Source of the DNA: Sorangiineae bacterium NIC37A_2
GTDB lineage: Bacteria > Myxococcota_A > Polyangia > Polyangiales > Polyangiaceae
Assembly (NCBI GenBank): GCA_002085155.1
Contig: NASX01000009.1
Coordinates: 59,323-123,322, forward strand
Length of the DNA: 64,000 bases
Reading direction: 5' to 3'
Of the stretch, positions 52,397-63,359 are shown piece by piece. The notes below the pieces were generated by a model that was given only the letters and a program-made list of their open reading frames with translations, ran no database searches and was not told the DNA's origin. The translations under genes were made by a program, and so were the position numbers. Every line of letters starts with the position of its first letter. Position 1 is the stretch's first letter.

Positions 52397-53725
52397 GTGC
52401 GATACTCAGCGGTCTTTCAATGCTTCAGCGGATGCCCCGGCCAGTGGGCGGTGACCGAGCTCATGTACACGTGTCCAACGTGCGGCGGCCTGCTCGAGGT
52501 CGTGCATGACATGGACGCGCTCAAGGATAAGAGCGGCCCTGCTTGGACGAAGCTGTTCGACGAGCGCTACCGTGTGAACCAGTGGCCCTACGGCTCCGGC
52601 GTCTGGGGCAAGCGCGAGTGGGTGATGCCCTGCGTCTCAGATGATGAAATCGTGAGCATGTACGAGGGCGGCACGAACCTTTTTTGGGCGGACCGCTACG
52701 GCAAACAGCTGGGTTTGAACGATCTGTGGGTGAAGCTCTGCGGAAACAGCCATAGCGGCTCTTTCAAGGACTTGGGCATGACGGTGCTGGTCTCCGTCGT
52801 CCGCAAGGCGATCCGTGAGGGCAAGAAGATCAAGGCCGTCGCTTGCGCCTCGACGGGGGACACCTCGGCCGCTCTGGCAGCTTTCGGGGCTGCGGCGAAC
52901 CTGCCCGTGGTCGTTCTTCTCCCGCGCGGCAAGATTTCTACGGCGCAGTTGGTCCAGCCGATCGCTCACGGAGCGATGGTGCTCGGGCTCGATACTGACT
53001 TTGACGGTTGCATGGAAATCGTAAAGCGGCTGGCAGAGGAAGGGCTCGTCTACCTCGCCAACTCGATGAACCCCCTGCGCCTCGAAGGGCAGAAGACCGT
53101 GGGAATCGAGGTTGTTCAGCAGTTTGGCTGGGAGGTCCCCGATTGGGTCATCCTCCCGTCCGGAAACCTGGGCAACGCTTCGGCCCTCTATGCCGGCTTC
53201 AAGATGATGAAGGAGCTGGGCGTGATCGATCGGTATCCGCGGCTCGTCGTCGCTCAGGCCGAGAACGCGAACCCCCTCTATCGTGCCTTTGTCGCAGGTC
53301 AGAAGGAGGTCACGCCGATCGTGGCCAAGCCGACCCAGGCCACCGCGATCCAAATCGGCAACCCGGTTTCAGCTCCGCGGGCGCTCCGTGCCCTCGAGGC
53401 CATGAATGGACTGGTCGAGCAGGCGAGCGAGCAAGAACTCGCCGACGCTGCCGCTCGCGCCGACGCCACAGGCATGTACACCTGTCCCCATACAGCCGTG
53501 GGACTCGCGGTCTTGGAGAAGCTCCGAGCGAAGGGGACGATCCAAGAGGGGGATAAGGTGGTCTGCATCTCGACGGCCAACGGTCTCAAGTTCACCGAGT
53601 TCAAGGTGCGCTACCACGAAGGGCAGATCGAAGGCGTGAACTCGAACCTAAAAAACCCGGCCGTCCTGCTCCCCGCGGACTTCGGTCAGGTGGTCGACGC
53701 CATCTATAAGCGCTTCCCCTCCTGA
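52397..53725 (+). CDS. thrC: Threonine synthase
   Basis: It has the N-terminal Zn-ribbon-like [12 protein letters not shown], the PLP lysine motif [12 protein letters not shown], and [15 protein letters not shown]. Confidence 0.9.
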   Translation: MRYSAVFQCFSGCPGQWAVTELMYTCPTCGGLLEVVHDMDALKDKSGPAWTKLFDERYRVNQWPYGSGVWGKREWVMPCVSDDEIVSMYEGGTNLFWADRYGKQLGLNDLWVKLCGNSHSGSFKDLGMTVLVSVVRKAIREGKKIKAVACASTGDTSAALAAFGAAANLPVVVLLPRGKISTAQLVQPIAHGAMVLGLDTDFDGCMEIVKRLAEEGLVYLANSMNPLRLEGQKTVGIEVVQQFGWEVPDWVILPSGNLGNASALYAGFKMMKELGVIDRYPRLVVAQAENANPLYRAFVAGQKEVTPIVAKPTQATAIQIGNPVSAPRALRALEAMNGLVEQASEQELADAAARADATGMYTCPHTAVGLAVLEKLRAKGTIQEGDKVVCISTANGLKFTEFKVRYHEGQIEGVNSNLKNPAVLLPADFGQVVDAIYKRFPS

Positions 53726-53736
53726 GGGGATCGGCT

Positions 53737-53759
53737 CGCTCTCCTCTCGAACGAGAGCG
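53737..53759 (+). terminator. Hairpin after thrC
   Basis: CGCTCTC (53737-53743) pairs with GAGAGCG (53753-53759), a 7-bp stem with a 9-nt loop. Confidence 0.35.
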
Positions 53760-53766
53760 TCCCAGC

Positions 53767-53801
53767 AAAAAAGCCTCGCCCATCCGAGAGAGGGCGAGGC
53801 T
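53767..53801 (-). terminator. Canonical intrinsic terminator for the minus-strand PEGA gene
   Basis: AGCCTCGCCC (53772-53781) pairs with GGGCGAGGCT (53792-53801), a 10-bp stem with a 10-nt loop. On the minus strand the hairpin is followed by TTTTTT (A-run 53767-53772). Confidence 0.6.
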
Positions 53802-53827
53802 TGCAGCATTGTGGAGAGGTTTTCGGC

Positions 53828-54940
53828 TCAGAAAGCCATCCGCGCCACGGCGCCGCCCCCGAGCGGTCCGCCGTAGGGGGCAACCACGACCCGACCCGGA
53901 GCGCGCCGAGCGGCCTTGGCGGCCGGAACTTCGTCGTCTTTGGCGGTCAAGAGGACCACGCCGGTGATGCCGAGCGTGAGCGCGACGCCGAAGGACATGT
54001 CCGAGATGAGCGCGTTGCGCTCTACTTCGTCCGCGAGCTCCGCCGTCGGGCCTTTGTCGTATTTGCTCTTGGCGTCGAGGGCGAGGATGCCGAACACGGT
54101 CCCGCTGATGAGTCCGGCGGCGCCGATGCCGAGGGTGACGTAAGCGGGGACCATGCTCCGCTCTTTCTTCGGGGCGGGCTCTTGGCCGAGCGCCGCCGCG
54201 TCGGTCGTCGGTACCGCGACCTGCTTCTGCAGCTCGATCGGGGCGCGCACATGGCTGCCGGCGACGGCGTCGATTTCGACGAGGGATACCTCATAACCGG
54301 AGGCGCGGAGCTCGAGCCGATGGGTCCCGGCGGGAAGCTCGATTTCGACCGGGGTCTTTCCAGCGATGAGCGCGCCGTCGACGTAAACCTCAGCGCCCGC
54401 TGGGGTGCTTTCGATGAGGACCGTGGCTGGCAGAGTCGCCTTGAGCTCACTGGCTCGCTTCTTCGCAGTCTCGACCGCCTCTTCGCCCACGTGGATAGCA
54501 GCCGGGTTCGTCAAGAAGAGCTCATAGGCTCGAACGACTTCTTTGGCCGGCTTGTTCGCCTTGTCCATCGAAGCGGCGATCCAATACTCCGCGTGAGGGG
54601 AGGGGATCTTCTCGTGGGCGATGCGGAACTCGGACTCCGCCTTGATGTAGTCGGCATCGGCGTAGGCCTGTGCGCCGGCTTCGAAAGCAGATTTCGCGAG
54701 CTCGATATCTTCAGCGCTCGGTGACGCGGGCGCGACCGGGGTCACGGTCCTTGCCGTGTCGCCCTCTGACGCTGTGGCCTTCGGCTCTTCTCCGCTCCGC
54801 TGAGACTCCCCCGAGGTAACCGTTTGGGGGGCGCCTGTGGAGGTGGTTTCCGCACAGAGGTCACCCAAGAAAAGCGTCGTCACGAGTCCGACGGCCGAGA
54901 GAGACGGCCAAGCGGCCTTCCAGAGTTTTCGTTCTTTCAT
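53828..54940 (-). CDS. PEGA-domain envelope protein with an N-terminal TPR-like segment and C-terminal TM helices
   Basis: It has a signal peptide. The PEGA motif is VLIESTPAGAEVYVDGALIAGKTPVEIELPAGTHRLELRASGYE. The two hydrophobic helices are AYVTLGIGAAGLISGTVFGILAL and FGVALTLGITGVVLL. Confidence 0.7.
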   Translation of the reverse strand: MKERKLWKAAWPSLSAVGLVTTLFLGDLCAETTSTGAPQTVTSGESQRSGEEPKATASEGDTARTVTPVAPASPSAEDIELAKSAFEAGAQAYADADYIKAESEFRIAHEKIPSPHAEYWIAASMDKANKPAKEVVRAYELFLTNPAAIHVGEEAVETAKKRASELKATLPATVLIESTPAGAEVYVDGALIAGKTPVEIELPAGTHRLELRASGYEVSLVEIDAVAGSHVRAPIELQKQVAVPTTDAAALGQEPAPKKERSMVPAYVTLGIGAAGLISGTVFGILALDAKSKYDKGPTAELADEVERNALISDMSFGVALTLGITGVVLLTAKDDEVPAAKAARRAPGRVVVAPYGGPLGGGAVARMAF

Positions 54941-55077
54941 GTGTGCATGCTCCAGACCCCGGCTGTCGGGTCGCGCAAGTTCCTCGAAGGCTAGAGTCGA
55001 TCACTCGGAAAACAAGCCTAACTCCGCTATGATCCTTCCGAAAGCGGGGATCTTCACGAGCCCGCCCACTGCTTGCC

Positions 55078-58000
55078 ATGGAAGTGTCACAGAAGGAAGG
55101 GTCGACCCGGCCGCGTCGCTCGAGACCTGCGCCGAGTCCTGACCCGCTCGACTCGGGGTTTCCGGCGTTCGCTGACCGGTACGATCTCGAGATCCAACGC
55201 TTCATTGGTAAGAGCGCACCCCTCGCGACCCTCTCCGCACAACTCCAGGCCGCGCGGCGCGCAGGAGACCCCACGCGCATCGCCGACGTCCTGGAGCGAC
55301 TTGCTCATCACCTCACGAAGCTTGGCATCGAACCGGGCCTCGCGGCGACGGCGCTCGAAGAGGCGCGAGCCGTGGGCAAACGCGACATCCTCCCGATGCT
55401 CATTGATGCTTGGCACCGGGCCGGAGATGCGGAGCGGGCGCTCGAGTACTTTGGCGCCTGGGTCGCTGAGTTCGAAGGCGGAGTGAGTGAAGAGTTTGTT
55501 CGGGACGCGCTGGCGTTCTTGATGAGAGGAGCTGACCTCGCGGCGCACCTCGGCGATCCACAACAGGCCCGTCGCGCGCTCACGCTCGCTGACGATTTGG
55601 CCCTGCGCCAGCCGACGCTCCGAGCAGAGATCCAGCGCAAGCTGGGCGCGATCGGCTTTTGGACGGGCGATCTCGACGTCGGAGCCAGCGCGTACCTTTT
55701 GGCCGCGGAGCTCGGAGAGCTCGCTGGCTCCGGCGAGGCGCCGCTCGAAGATGCTCGGCGCGCTTTTGAGCTCACTCCGAGCCGGCGTGATGTTGCCGAG
55801 AACGTCGCGCGAAGGTTCAGCACGCGCGGTCGCATGGCGGCCGCCGATGCGGTTCGACGGCTCTCAGTGAAACACGGCGGCGCGGCCGATCGCGCGACTT
55901 ACCATGGGCGGCGCTTTCAAGCAGCGCTCCGCGCGAAGAATTGGGGAGAGGCGCTCGGCGCGGCGCTCGAAGCGGGTCTCGATATTGAGCTCGACCTCGA
56001 ACGGACGCGCGAGGTGCTCGCACAGCCTCCTTTGGTCCCGACCGACTTTGAGAGTTTTCTGCTCGCACTTGCGCAAGGCGTGTGGCTTCCGGAGACGGAG
56101 CCCTTCGCCCAGTGGCTGCTCGGCTTGATGGAGGCGCACGCTTGCCTCTGGGGTGAAGCGGAGGCTCATGGCCTTCGCTCCCGGGCGATTCAGCTGCTCG
56201 CCCTCGACCGACCGACGTCGGTGACTCCTCCAATCTCCGAGCCGCGAGCTCGCGCTCTCAGACAGCGTCTCGCCGAGGATATCTCCCCAGAGGAGGCTAC
56301 GCGCCTGCGCGATGAGATTGCGCGGAGTGAGCTGCAGCGAAGGAATTTCGAGGCGGCCTTTGAGGTGCTCGAACCGAACCTTGAAAAGGACTGTCCGGGC
56401 GCCCTCCAAGCCGCCATCGATTTGTTCATCGTGAGTCGTGTGGGGGAACGCGGGCGGGTGCGTGCTCTCTCTCGCTTGGCTCGGACGCTACCAGCCTCGG
56501 CGCGCACGGAGGTGCTCGCGGTCGCGTCATTGACCGCCGTGCTCTCGGGGGAGGGTCCTCTTGCCTATCGTTTGGCCGAGCAGGCTCTCACAGGCGATCC
56601 TGGCTCAGAGCGGGCTGTCGTCGCTATGTCTGAGGTCGCGACGACCTACCCCGCATTGGTCCCCGCGCGCTTCATTGAGGCGACCTTGGCGGAAGCTGTC
56701 ACGACCGCCGAAAAGTGCTTGATCCTTTCGCGTGCGGCCGAGGAGCGGGGAGCGCTGATGCTCTCGCTCACTTGGGCTGAGCAGGCGCGCAACCTTCGTC
56801 CCGCGGATCCCGAAGCACATCGGGTCGTCTTGGGACTGGCCCAACGCGCCGAGGATGCAGCGCGGCTGGCCGACGCGATTCAGACGGTCGCTCGTGCCTT
56901 CGTCCCGCACGACCGGATCGCCGATGCCATTGAGTCGGCGCTCATCGCTCTATCGGAGCTCGACGAAGAGCGAGCTATTGGTACTGGAGAAGAGGTTCTC
57001 TCCCATTCAGGACACATCGAAGCCCTGCGCAGCGCGGTGATCCATGTCGCCGAGAAAGCGCACGCGCCCCTTCTGCTCGCTCGGGCGCTCGACCTCTCGC
57101 TCGCGAGCCGCGTTGCCGGCGACGTAGGCCTGCTCCTCTCAAAGCTGGCTCGCGCTCGCGCAGAAGCGGGCGATCTGGCTGCGGGGCTCCGCGCATGGTT
57201 CCGTTACATCGCCGAGCACGGCGGAGACCCGGAGCTTCCGGAATTCCTCGCGGCGAGCGGTGCGGTCGACGACAGCCAAGCTGATGCGGAGTTGTATCGA
57301 ACGGAGGTGGAGGTGCTCATCCGCCGTCGGAAGGGCGAGCTCAAAGCCGAGGAGCTCTTCCGCCTTGCGGTACTGCGCTGGGATTTGGCGAAGGATACCG
57401 ACGGAGCGTTCGAAGCGCTCCTGTCTGCCGCCCGACTCGTGCGCGACGACGGCTACGGGCTCATGTTCCACTATCTCCTCCGCTTGGCGGGCGCCACGAC
57501 CGCCGCTGAGCTCCTCGAAGCACGAGCTGCCTTAGAGGACGACGCCGAACGTGCGGGGACATTGCTTGGGCTCGCGAGTCGGGGGCGCCTGCTCTCGGGC
57601 GAACGGGCGCGGGCGTTCCAGCTCGCGCAAAAGGCGCTGCAGCGGAACTCCCATCAGCCGGAGCTCTTGCTGCTCGCGGAGCGCACTCTGGCTACCGGAG
57701 AGCTGGATCGATTGGAGGCTCTCTATGACCACGTGGCGGACAACGCCTATGGCCGCTTCGGCGAGCGAGCGGTTCGTTATCGTGCGGCGCGACTTCTCGA
57801 GCGACGAGGCGGGATCGAACGCGCGTTCCGTCACGCGCAACAAGCCTTTGAAGCGGCCCCCGATGAAGGTGTCACGTTCATCCTCTTCTCGCGGATGGCG
57901 AGCGCGCTCGGAAAGTCGGAGCTGATCCCGGATGTGATCGATGCTTCGCTCAGCCGCGTGCGAGATGCGCGCACCCGAGAGCGCCTGAAGAGGAGGCGCG

Positions 58001-61000
58001 ACGCGCTCCGCGCAAACGGTCAAAAACCAGGACTCGGGCAGGCTGAGGTTTTGTTCCGGGCGATGGCGCTGTCTTACACGCCTGAACTCGGTCAGGACCT
58101 CGAGAAGGTTCTCTCTGCGCTCCTCAGTCAGGAGGAGTCTCGTGAGCAGGCGCTCGAATGGACGAAAGAAAAGGCCCCCGAACTGCTCATCGCGCTGAGC
58201 GGCCCTGACCGAACTCGCGCCGCGATCCACCTCACACGGATCGCACTTCAGCACTTTCCGGACGATGAGTTTGCGTTCTTCTGCTTGGGCCGCGCCGTTT
58301 CGGGGAGCCTCCAGGAGGCGGAGTATGAGTCTCTGCTCGAGTTCAAGGATCGTCTGGGGACGCACAAGCAAGAGCTGCTCGAGCTCTGGGGACGGATCAA
58401 ATCCATGAGTGACTCCGGTGAGCTCTTGGGTAGTCCGCTTGCGATCGTGCTCGCCGAGAGCATGGCCATCGCTGAGTTATCCTCGGAAGCCGCCGAAGTC
58501 CTCGTTCACGCCGCGTCCGATACTCCCGATGACGTGCGTGTGAGCCAGCGCGCGCGGGAGCTCGCCGAACAATCTGGGCGCTTGGACCTAGTTCCCGCGA
58601 TTGAAGGGCTCTTGCCGGCTCCGCTTTGGGTCCGATCGATCTTGGACCGAATCGACAGCCTCCCGGATGAAGAAGCCGTGAACGCTCTCGTCGAGGTGGA
58701 TCTCTCCACGGCTCCTCCCGAGCTCAGGGCAGAGGCCCTTGAAGCGCTCGCGCGCCGGGAAGAGAGGCTCTCGAGGTTTGCGGACGCCCGCGACACTTGG
58801 CAAGAGCTCCTGGAGCTCGACCCGAAGAACCTCGCAGCGCTCATGGGGCTCGAACGAGCAGCGGATCGCGACGATGACCACGAGGCCCTCCTCGAGATTC
58901 TGACGCGCCGAGCTCAGCTGGCGTCGGATCCTGACGCGGAACGGACGATTCACTTGCGCCGCGCGGCGGTCCTCGAGACGCACCTGGGACGGCCCCTCGA
59001 AGCGCGCCAGCTCCTCGAAGAGCTGCTCGAGCGACAAGGCGACACCTGGTCGGTGCTTCGACTCTTGGCCGACTCCTTCGAGCGCACCAGTGAACATGCG
59101 CGAGCGGCGGAGCTTTGGTCGAGGGCGCAGGCGGTGGCTGTCGACGTGGAAGCGGCGGCCGATGCGTGTTTTCGGGCGGCCCGCGCCTATTTTGAGGCTG
59201 GCGATCTATGGCGCGCCCAGGACTCCCTTCGTTATGTCGATATGGGGAGGGTAGATTGCGTCGAGCTGGGCTTGAAGGTGCATCGCGCACTTGGCGATCA
59301 GGCAGCGGTGATGGATGCGCTTACGGTCGCGGCGCGCATGAAGCGCGACGATCGTGAGTTCGTTACCAAGGCGCTCCTCGAGGCCGCCGAGATCGCGATG
59401 AAACTCGACGCTCCGGATGTGGCGGAAGGACACGCGCGGGACGCGATTCGTCTCGGCACGGACTCTCCGGAGGCTCGCCTCCTCTTGGCTCAGCTGATCG
59501 CCCGCAGAGCTCGGCCGCTGGAGAAAGCCGACGCGGAGGAGATCGCTTCTTTGCTTCCGGGGACCGAATCACTCCGTGGCGCGCAGCAGCGAGAGGTTCG
59601 TGCTTACCTGCTCGCCATCGTCGACGAGCGTCTGCGGGGAGGCGAGGCCTGCCGAGCGGATTTGCGAGCAGCGATCGCGTCCCAAGGGCCCCGTCCCCTC
59701 CTCGCCGCGGCACTTGCGCGTCGCTTAGACGACGATCCGGAGGAGGCTTTGAAGCTCTACGAGTCGGCGATGGGCGGGGAGTTTGCGGGGCTCATGAGTC
59801 GTTCCGACGTGGTCGTCGAGGCGGCTTCGCTCGCCCGCGACACCGGGCAGTTCGCTCGCGCTCAGGCTTTTCTCTCGGCGATTGCGGATTCGGAGCTGCC
59901 GCGAGGCAAGGTGGAGGAGATGCTCGAAGGGATCCGCGCTTCGCGCTCGCGCGCCGAGGAGTTCGATTCGAAGAATTGGCGCGCCTGGGCCCAGGCGCCG
60001 CGAGGGGTGTCAGACGAAGCTCGAGCTCGGGCGCTCAAAGAAGCGCGCGAAGCGGAGAATCTGGCGCGCAGTCAGGCGGCCCGCGAGGAGCGGGTGTTCT
60101 CGCCTCCTTCGGAGCCGAGCCCCAGCGAGGCAGGGAGCAGAGAGCCGTCCCATCACCCGACCTCGGACGCGAGCGCGCTCGAAATTGCAGAAGAGGCGGA
60201 GCTCGTGCGGGCCTTCGAGGAGGGGGACATCGAGGCGGGCCAGTCCCTCTTCGACATCTACATGAGCGACCGCGCCCGCAGTCGGGACGCTGTGCTCGTC
60301 GCGATGCACCTCGTCGATAAGGCCCCTTGGGATCCTGACGCGCTGAGTTGCCTCGCGACGGCGGCGAGTCGAGATGGGAGCGAAGCGGTAGCGCTCGCTT
60401 GTCGCCACTTGCTCGCTGCTTTCGGTGAGGGAGAGCCGGTTCAGCCAGTGGACCTCGCGCTCCTTGTCGGGCAGCCCGACGCGGCCAGCGCCGTGATCTT
60501 CCGGGGGGCGATGACTCCGTCGGCGGAGGCGCTCCGCATCGTTTGGGAGCATGCTGGAGGCCTGTTCCGCCGTGACCTCGCCGACTATGAGGTCGATCCT
60601 GCGGCCCGCGTGTCCCCTTCTGAGCCGGGACCGCTCCCAGAGGCGTACCGGGGGGCGAGCCGCGTGCTGGGCGTGCGCTCGCCGCTTTATGCGCGTCCAG
60701 ATGGGGAGGACATTGCGATCTCCGTCCTTGTGACGATACCGCCGTCGATCCTCGTCGACGGTGCCGTTGACGCTGTGAGCGACGAGTTCCGCTTCCACCT
60801 CGGGGCGATGCTCATGGCCACCGCTCCCGAGTTCGTCCTGTTGCTCGGGAGTCAGCCGGAAGAGGCGAAACTCCTCCTCGATGCCATCTGTCAGGCCTTT
60901 GGTCCGAGTGAGCGGAGCTCCACACAAGACCCAAAGGTGGTGGAGCTATCGGCTCGTCTCTGGGAGCTGATCCCAGCCCGCGCCCAGCGTCGTCTCAACC

Positions 61001-61266
61001 AGCTTTGCGCGGATCCGAACGCCATGAACCTGGATCTGGCCTTCGCCAACGCGACCATCGTGCTTCGGCGCGCGGGGCTCCTCGTGAGCGGCGACATTCG
61101 CACGGCGATTTCAGAGGTTTGTGCCGCCCACCAGCTGGAGAGCCCGACGAACTGGGAGGAGCTTGCCGAGGTGGCGCGCGCGTTGCCGGAGGTCGTTGAC
61201 CTCTTGTTGCTCGCGGTCTCTCTCGAGTACGCGGAGCTGAGGTTCCGTCCGGTTCCGGGGATCTGA
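55078..61266 (+). CDS. Giant (2062 aa) all-helical TPR/HEAT-like repeat protein with a distinct C-terminal ~360-aa domain; function unknown
   Basis: It is a single uninterrupted ORF with strong third-position GC bias. Its composition is dominated by A/L/E/R, with many TPR-like units (e.g. GRPLEARQLLEELLERQGDTWSVLRLLADSFERTSEHARAAELWSRA). I found no HExxH, Walker or other catalytic motif. An acidic/Ser-Pro linker near residue ~1660 precedes the C-terminal domain. Confidence 0.7.
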   Translation: MEVSQKEGSTRPRRSRPAPSPDPLDSGFPAFADRYDLEIQRFIGKSAPLATLSAQLQAARRAGDPTRIADVLERLAHHLTKLGIEPGLAATALEEARAVGKRDILPMLIDAWHRAGDAERALEYFGAWVAEFEGGVSEEFVRDALAFLMRGADLAAHLGDPQQARRALTLADDLALRQPTLRAEIQRKLGAIGFWTGDLDVGASAYLLAAELGELAGSGEAPLEDARRAFELTPSRRDVAENVARRFSTRGRMAAADAVRRLSVKHGGAADRATYHGRRFQAALRAKNWGEALGAALEAGLDIELDLERTREVLAQPPLVPTDFESFLLALAQGVWLPETEPFAQWLLGLMEAHACLWGEAEAHGLRSRAIQLLALDRPTSVTPPISEPRARALRQRLAEDISPEEATRLRDEIARSELQRRNFEAAFEVLEPNLEKDCPGALQAAIDLFIVSRVGERGRVRALSRLARTLPASARTEVLAVASLTAVLSGEGPLAYRLAEQALTGDPGSERAVVAMSEVATTYPALVPARFIEATLAEAVTTAEKCLILSRAAEERGALMLSLTWAEQARNLRPADPEAHRVVLGLAQRAEDAARLADAIQTVARAFVPHDRIADAIESALIALSELDEERAIGTGEEVLSHSGHIEALRSAVIHVAEKAHAPLLLARALDLSLASRVAGDVGLLLSKLARARAEAGDLAAGLRAWFRYIAEHGGDPELPEFLAASGAVDDSQADAELYRTEVEVLIRRRKGELKAEELFRLAVLRWDLAKDTDGAFEALLSAARLVRDDGYGLMFHYLLRLAGATTAAELLEARAALEDDAERAGTLLGLASRGRLLSGERARAFQLAQKALQRNSHQPELLLLAERTLATGELDRLEALYDHVADNAYGRFGERAVRYRAARLLERRGGIERAFRHAQQAFEAAPDEGVTFILFSRMASALGKSELIPDVIDASLSRVRDARTRERLKRRRDALRANGQKPGLGQAEVLFRAMALSYTPELGQDLEKVLSALLSQEESREQALEWTKEKAPELLIALSGPDRTRAAIHLTRIALQHFPDDEFAFFCLGRAVSGSLQEAEYESLLEFKDRLGTHKQELLELWGRIKSMSDSGELLGSPLAIVLAESMAIAELSSEAAEVLVHAASDTPDDVRVSQRARELAEQSGRLDLVPAIEGLLPAPLWVRSILDRIDSLPDEEAVNALVEVDLSTAPPELRAEALEALARREERLSRFADARDTWQELLELDPKNLAALMGLERAADRDDDHEALLEILTRRAQLASDPDAERTIHLRRAAVLETHLGRPLEARQLLEELLERQGDTWSVLRLLADSFERTSEHARAAELWSRAQAVAVDVEAAADACFRAARAYFEAGDLWRAQDSLRYVDMGRVDCVELGLKVHRALGDQAAVMDALTVAARMKRDDREFVTKALLEAAEIAMKLDAPDVAEGHARDAIRLGTDSPEARLLLAQLIARRARPLEKADAEEIASLLPGTESLRGAQQREVRAYLLAIVDERLRGGEACRADLRAAIASQGPRPLLAAALARRLDDDPEEALKLYESAMGGEFAGLMSRSDVVVEAASLARDTGQFARAQAFLSAIADSELPRGKVEEMLEGIRASRSRAEEFDSKNWRAWAQAPRGVSDEARARALKEAREAENLARSQAAREERVFSPPSEPSPSEAGSREPSHHPTSDASALEIAEEAELVRAFEEGDIEAGQSLFDIYMSDRARSRDAVLVAMHLVDKAPWDPDALSCLATAASRDGSEAVALACRHLLAAFGEGEPVQPVDLALLVGQPDAASAVIFRGAMTPSAEALRIVWEHAGGLFRRDLADYEVDPAARVSPSEPGPLPEAYRGASRVLGVRSPLYARPDGEDIAISVLVTIPPSILVDGAVDAVSDEFRFHLGAMLMATAPEFVLLLGSQPEEAKLLLDAICQAFGPSERSSTQDPKVVELSARLWELIPARAQRRLNQLCADPNAMNLDLAFANATIVLRRAGLLVSGDIRTAISEVCAAHQLESPTNWEELAEVARALPEVVDLLLLAVSLEYAELRFRPVPGI

Positions 61267-61288
61267 GGCCGACACGGGAAGGAGCAGT

Positions 61289-63166
61289 GTGACAAGGATG
61301 TCAGTCCAAAAGGCCTCCCGCGCGCGCAGGGCTCGGGCGATTGGAGTCTGGCATATCCGTTGCTACGAACGGAGCGTGACTCCTCTGCAGAGGCTCCAGC
61401 GATGTGCCCAAAGGGCAGGAGTTCTCGCGGCTTTGCTTCTGATTCCGGATTGCGCCGCCCCCGAGCGTGACAGCGGGCTCGCCAACCTGGAGCCGCTCTG
61501 CCGGGCAAACCGCGACTGTCCATCGGACGCCGAGTGTGTTCGCAGTCGCTGCGTGAGTCGGCAGACCGAGTCGGTCCCCCTGCTGGTCGAGGTCATTGCG
61601 CCCGCGGGGACCCCGGGGCTCGCCGGTGTCGCGATCGCTCAAGAGGTCCAGTTCGCGAGTCGGGAGTTCGACATCCATCTCGGCTACTCGAGTGCCGCCG
61701 TGGTGCACCTCAAGAGCGAGCCAGTTGTCGACGATGCATGCTTGGCTCGCCTCTCGTCGCAAGAGCAAAGTGAGGAGGATCCGGTCCCGCCGTCGGCGCG
61801 GGTGACTTTTTTCCCGCGGAAACGACAGCTCAGCCTCACCGACGCGGCCCGGGTCGTGACGACGACGACTCCCTCTTTGGACGATGTCTCGCTCTCGATC
61901 ACGCTGGTTCCGGGCAAGTACGATCTTTATGTCGAGCCCCTTGAGCACGATGGAGAGTGTCTTCGACCCCCCGAGCTCTTTCTGGACCAGGAGGTGACGG
62001 CGAGTGATGTGAGTCTGAGCATCCAGCTCGGCGCCCCCCAGCGCTACGATGCTCGGGTTCGCTTTCCCGCTTCGGAGGGCTCTCTCGAAGGTTGGCGATT
62101 GGATCTGGTCGATCCCGACTCCGGTCTGGCCCTGTCGAGCGGCGCTGTCCTCTCGGATCCACGCGAGGCCGAAGGAACTCTCGAGTACGACGCCTCCGTC
62201 GTCTTTGTCCCGGTCCACTCGGGGACCCCGCGCACGGAGATGGTGCGCCTGACGCCCCCCGAGGGCGTAACGGCCCCGACCCTGCTCGTGGCGCGTGGGG
62301 TCACGGAGCTCTTCCAGTCCGATCCGGCGATTGTCGATCAGCTCACCTCCCTGCCGAAGACTGTCACCCTGAGCGGGCGCGTCGTCCTGAAAGGGACCCT
62401 GGACGGCGTGGAGGCTGGCTTGACCTTCGTCCTCGAAAGTTTGTCGGGGCTCGCCGAGGGCACCTCGGTCTCCTTCTCACGGGAAGTGCGGACCGGCACG
62501 GACGGGACCTTCGAGGCTTCGCTCCTGCCGGGCACCTATCGCGTCGTGACGCAGCCCGCCTCCGATCAACTCGCCCAGTCCGAGGAGAAGTTCTCCGTTT
62601 CCGGGGGAACTCCGAGCCAGGCCGGCCGCACCATTGAAATCGCCGAACGCCGCAGCATCCAAGGGCGCCTGTTCGACTTCCGCGGCAATCCCGTCGCGAA
62701 GGCGCAGGTCGATCTCGTCCCGGTGCCTACCTTCCATCGCGGCGGTCTCGCGCTCTCGGCCTCGGCGGTTCGTTTCGTTCCGAGCGGCCTCGCTGGGGAG
62801 ACCGAGTCGGACGGCCGATTCAGGCTCCTCGCAGACCCGGGACGCTTCGATATCGTGGCGCGGAACGTCACCAAAGATGCCGATTTTTCCTGGGCTTTTC
62901 GCCTGGGCGTCACGGTCGGAGACGGGGACGTGGTCCTCGGGGATCTAACGGAACGGCCGCCCCTTTTGGTTCACGGGAGCGTGAGCGCCGAGCAGACGGG
63001 GCCGCTTCCGTCAGCGCTCATCCGCGCTTATGCCTATGTGAAGGCAGGGGAAGTCAGCACGCCCGACGCGGCGGAGTACGTCCTTTTGGTGGGAGAGACG
63101 CGGGCGAACGCCGACGGCGACTATCAGCTTCTCCTCCCGGCCGATCTCGCGGCCACCGACGATTGA
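61289..63166 (+). CDS. Secreted/anchored protein with a Cys-rich N-terminal motif and several carboxypeptidase-regulatory-like beta-sandwich repeats
   Basis: It starts 22 nt after the giant ORF, and GGAAGGAG precedes GTG 61289. It has the hydrophobic anchor AGVLAALLLIPDCAAP and the Cys-rich CRANRDCPSDAECVRSRC. Repeated units of the type GRVVLKG...GTYRVVTQP and IQGRLFDFRGNPVAKAQVDLVP...GRFDIVAR follow. Confidence 0.55.
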   Translation: MTRMSVQKASRARRARAIGVWHIRCYERSVTPLQRLQRCAQRAGVLAALLLIPDCAAPERDSGLANLEPLCRANRDCPSDAECVRSRCVSRQTESVPLLVEVIAPAGTPGLAGVAIAQEVQFASREFDIHLGYSSAAVVHLKSEPVVDDACLARLSSQEQSEEDPVPPSARVTFFPRKRQLSLTDAARVVTTTTPSLDDVSLSITLVPGKYDLYVEPLEHDGECLRPPELFLDQEVTASDVSLSIQLGAPQRYDARVRFPASEGSLEGWRLDLVDPDSGLALSSGAVLSDPREAEGTLEYDASVVFVPVHSGTPRTEMVRLTPPEGVTAPTLLVARGVTELFQSDPAIVDQLTSLPKTVTLSGRVVLKGTLDGVEAGLTFVLESLSGLAEGTSVSFSREVRTGTDGTFEASLLPGTYRVVTQPASDQLAQSEEKFSVSGGTPSQAGRTIEIAERRSIQGRLFDFRGNPVAKAQVDLVPVPTFHRGGLALSASAVRFVPSGLAGETESDGRFRLLADPGRFDIVARNVTKDADFSWAFRLGVTVGDGDVVLGDLTERPPLLVHGSVSAEQTGPLPSALIRAYAYVKAGEVSTPDAAEYVLLVGETRANADGDYQLLLPADLAATDD

Positions 63167-63359
63167 GGCGCTCTCAGCTCGGACGAGAGAGCCCGGGCGT
63201 GCAGTGACAGAAGATCGGTGAGTGCGCCCATCGGGAGCCTCTCACAATGCACCAGATCAAGTCACAGTGGAAACCATGAGGAATCCCGGGGAAAAGACGT
63301 TCCTCTTCCCCTTTGCGCGCTAGTCTGCAAGCAGCAGTCGGGGTAATGTAAGGCGCCGC

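Noticed and set aside
60010-62218. Two 305-aa minus-strand ORFs (60010-60927, 61301-62218)
   Set aside because: They are antisense to the giant ORF and the 625-aa ORF. The codon third-position GC bias favours the plus-strand frames.
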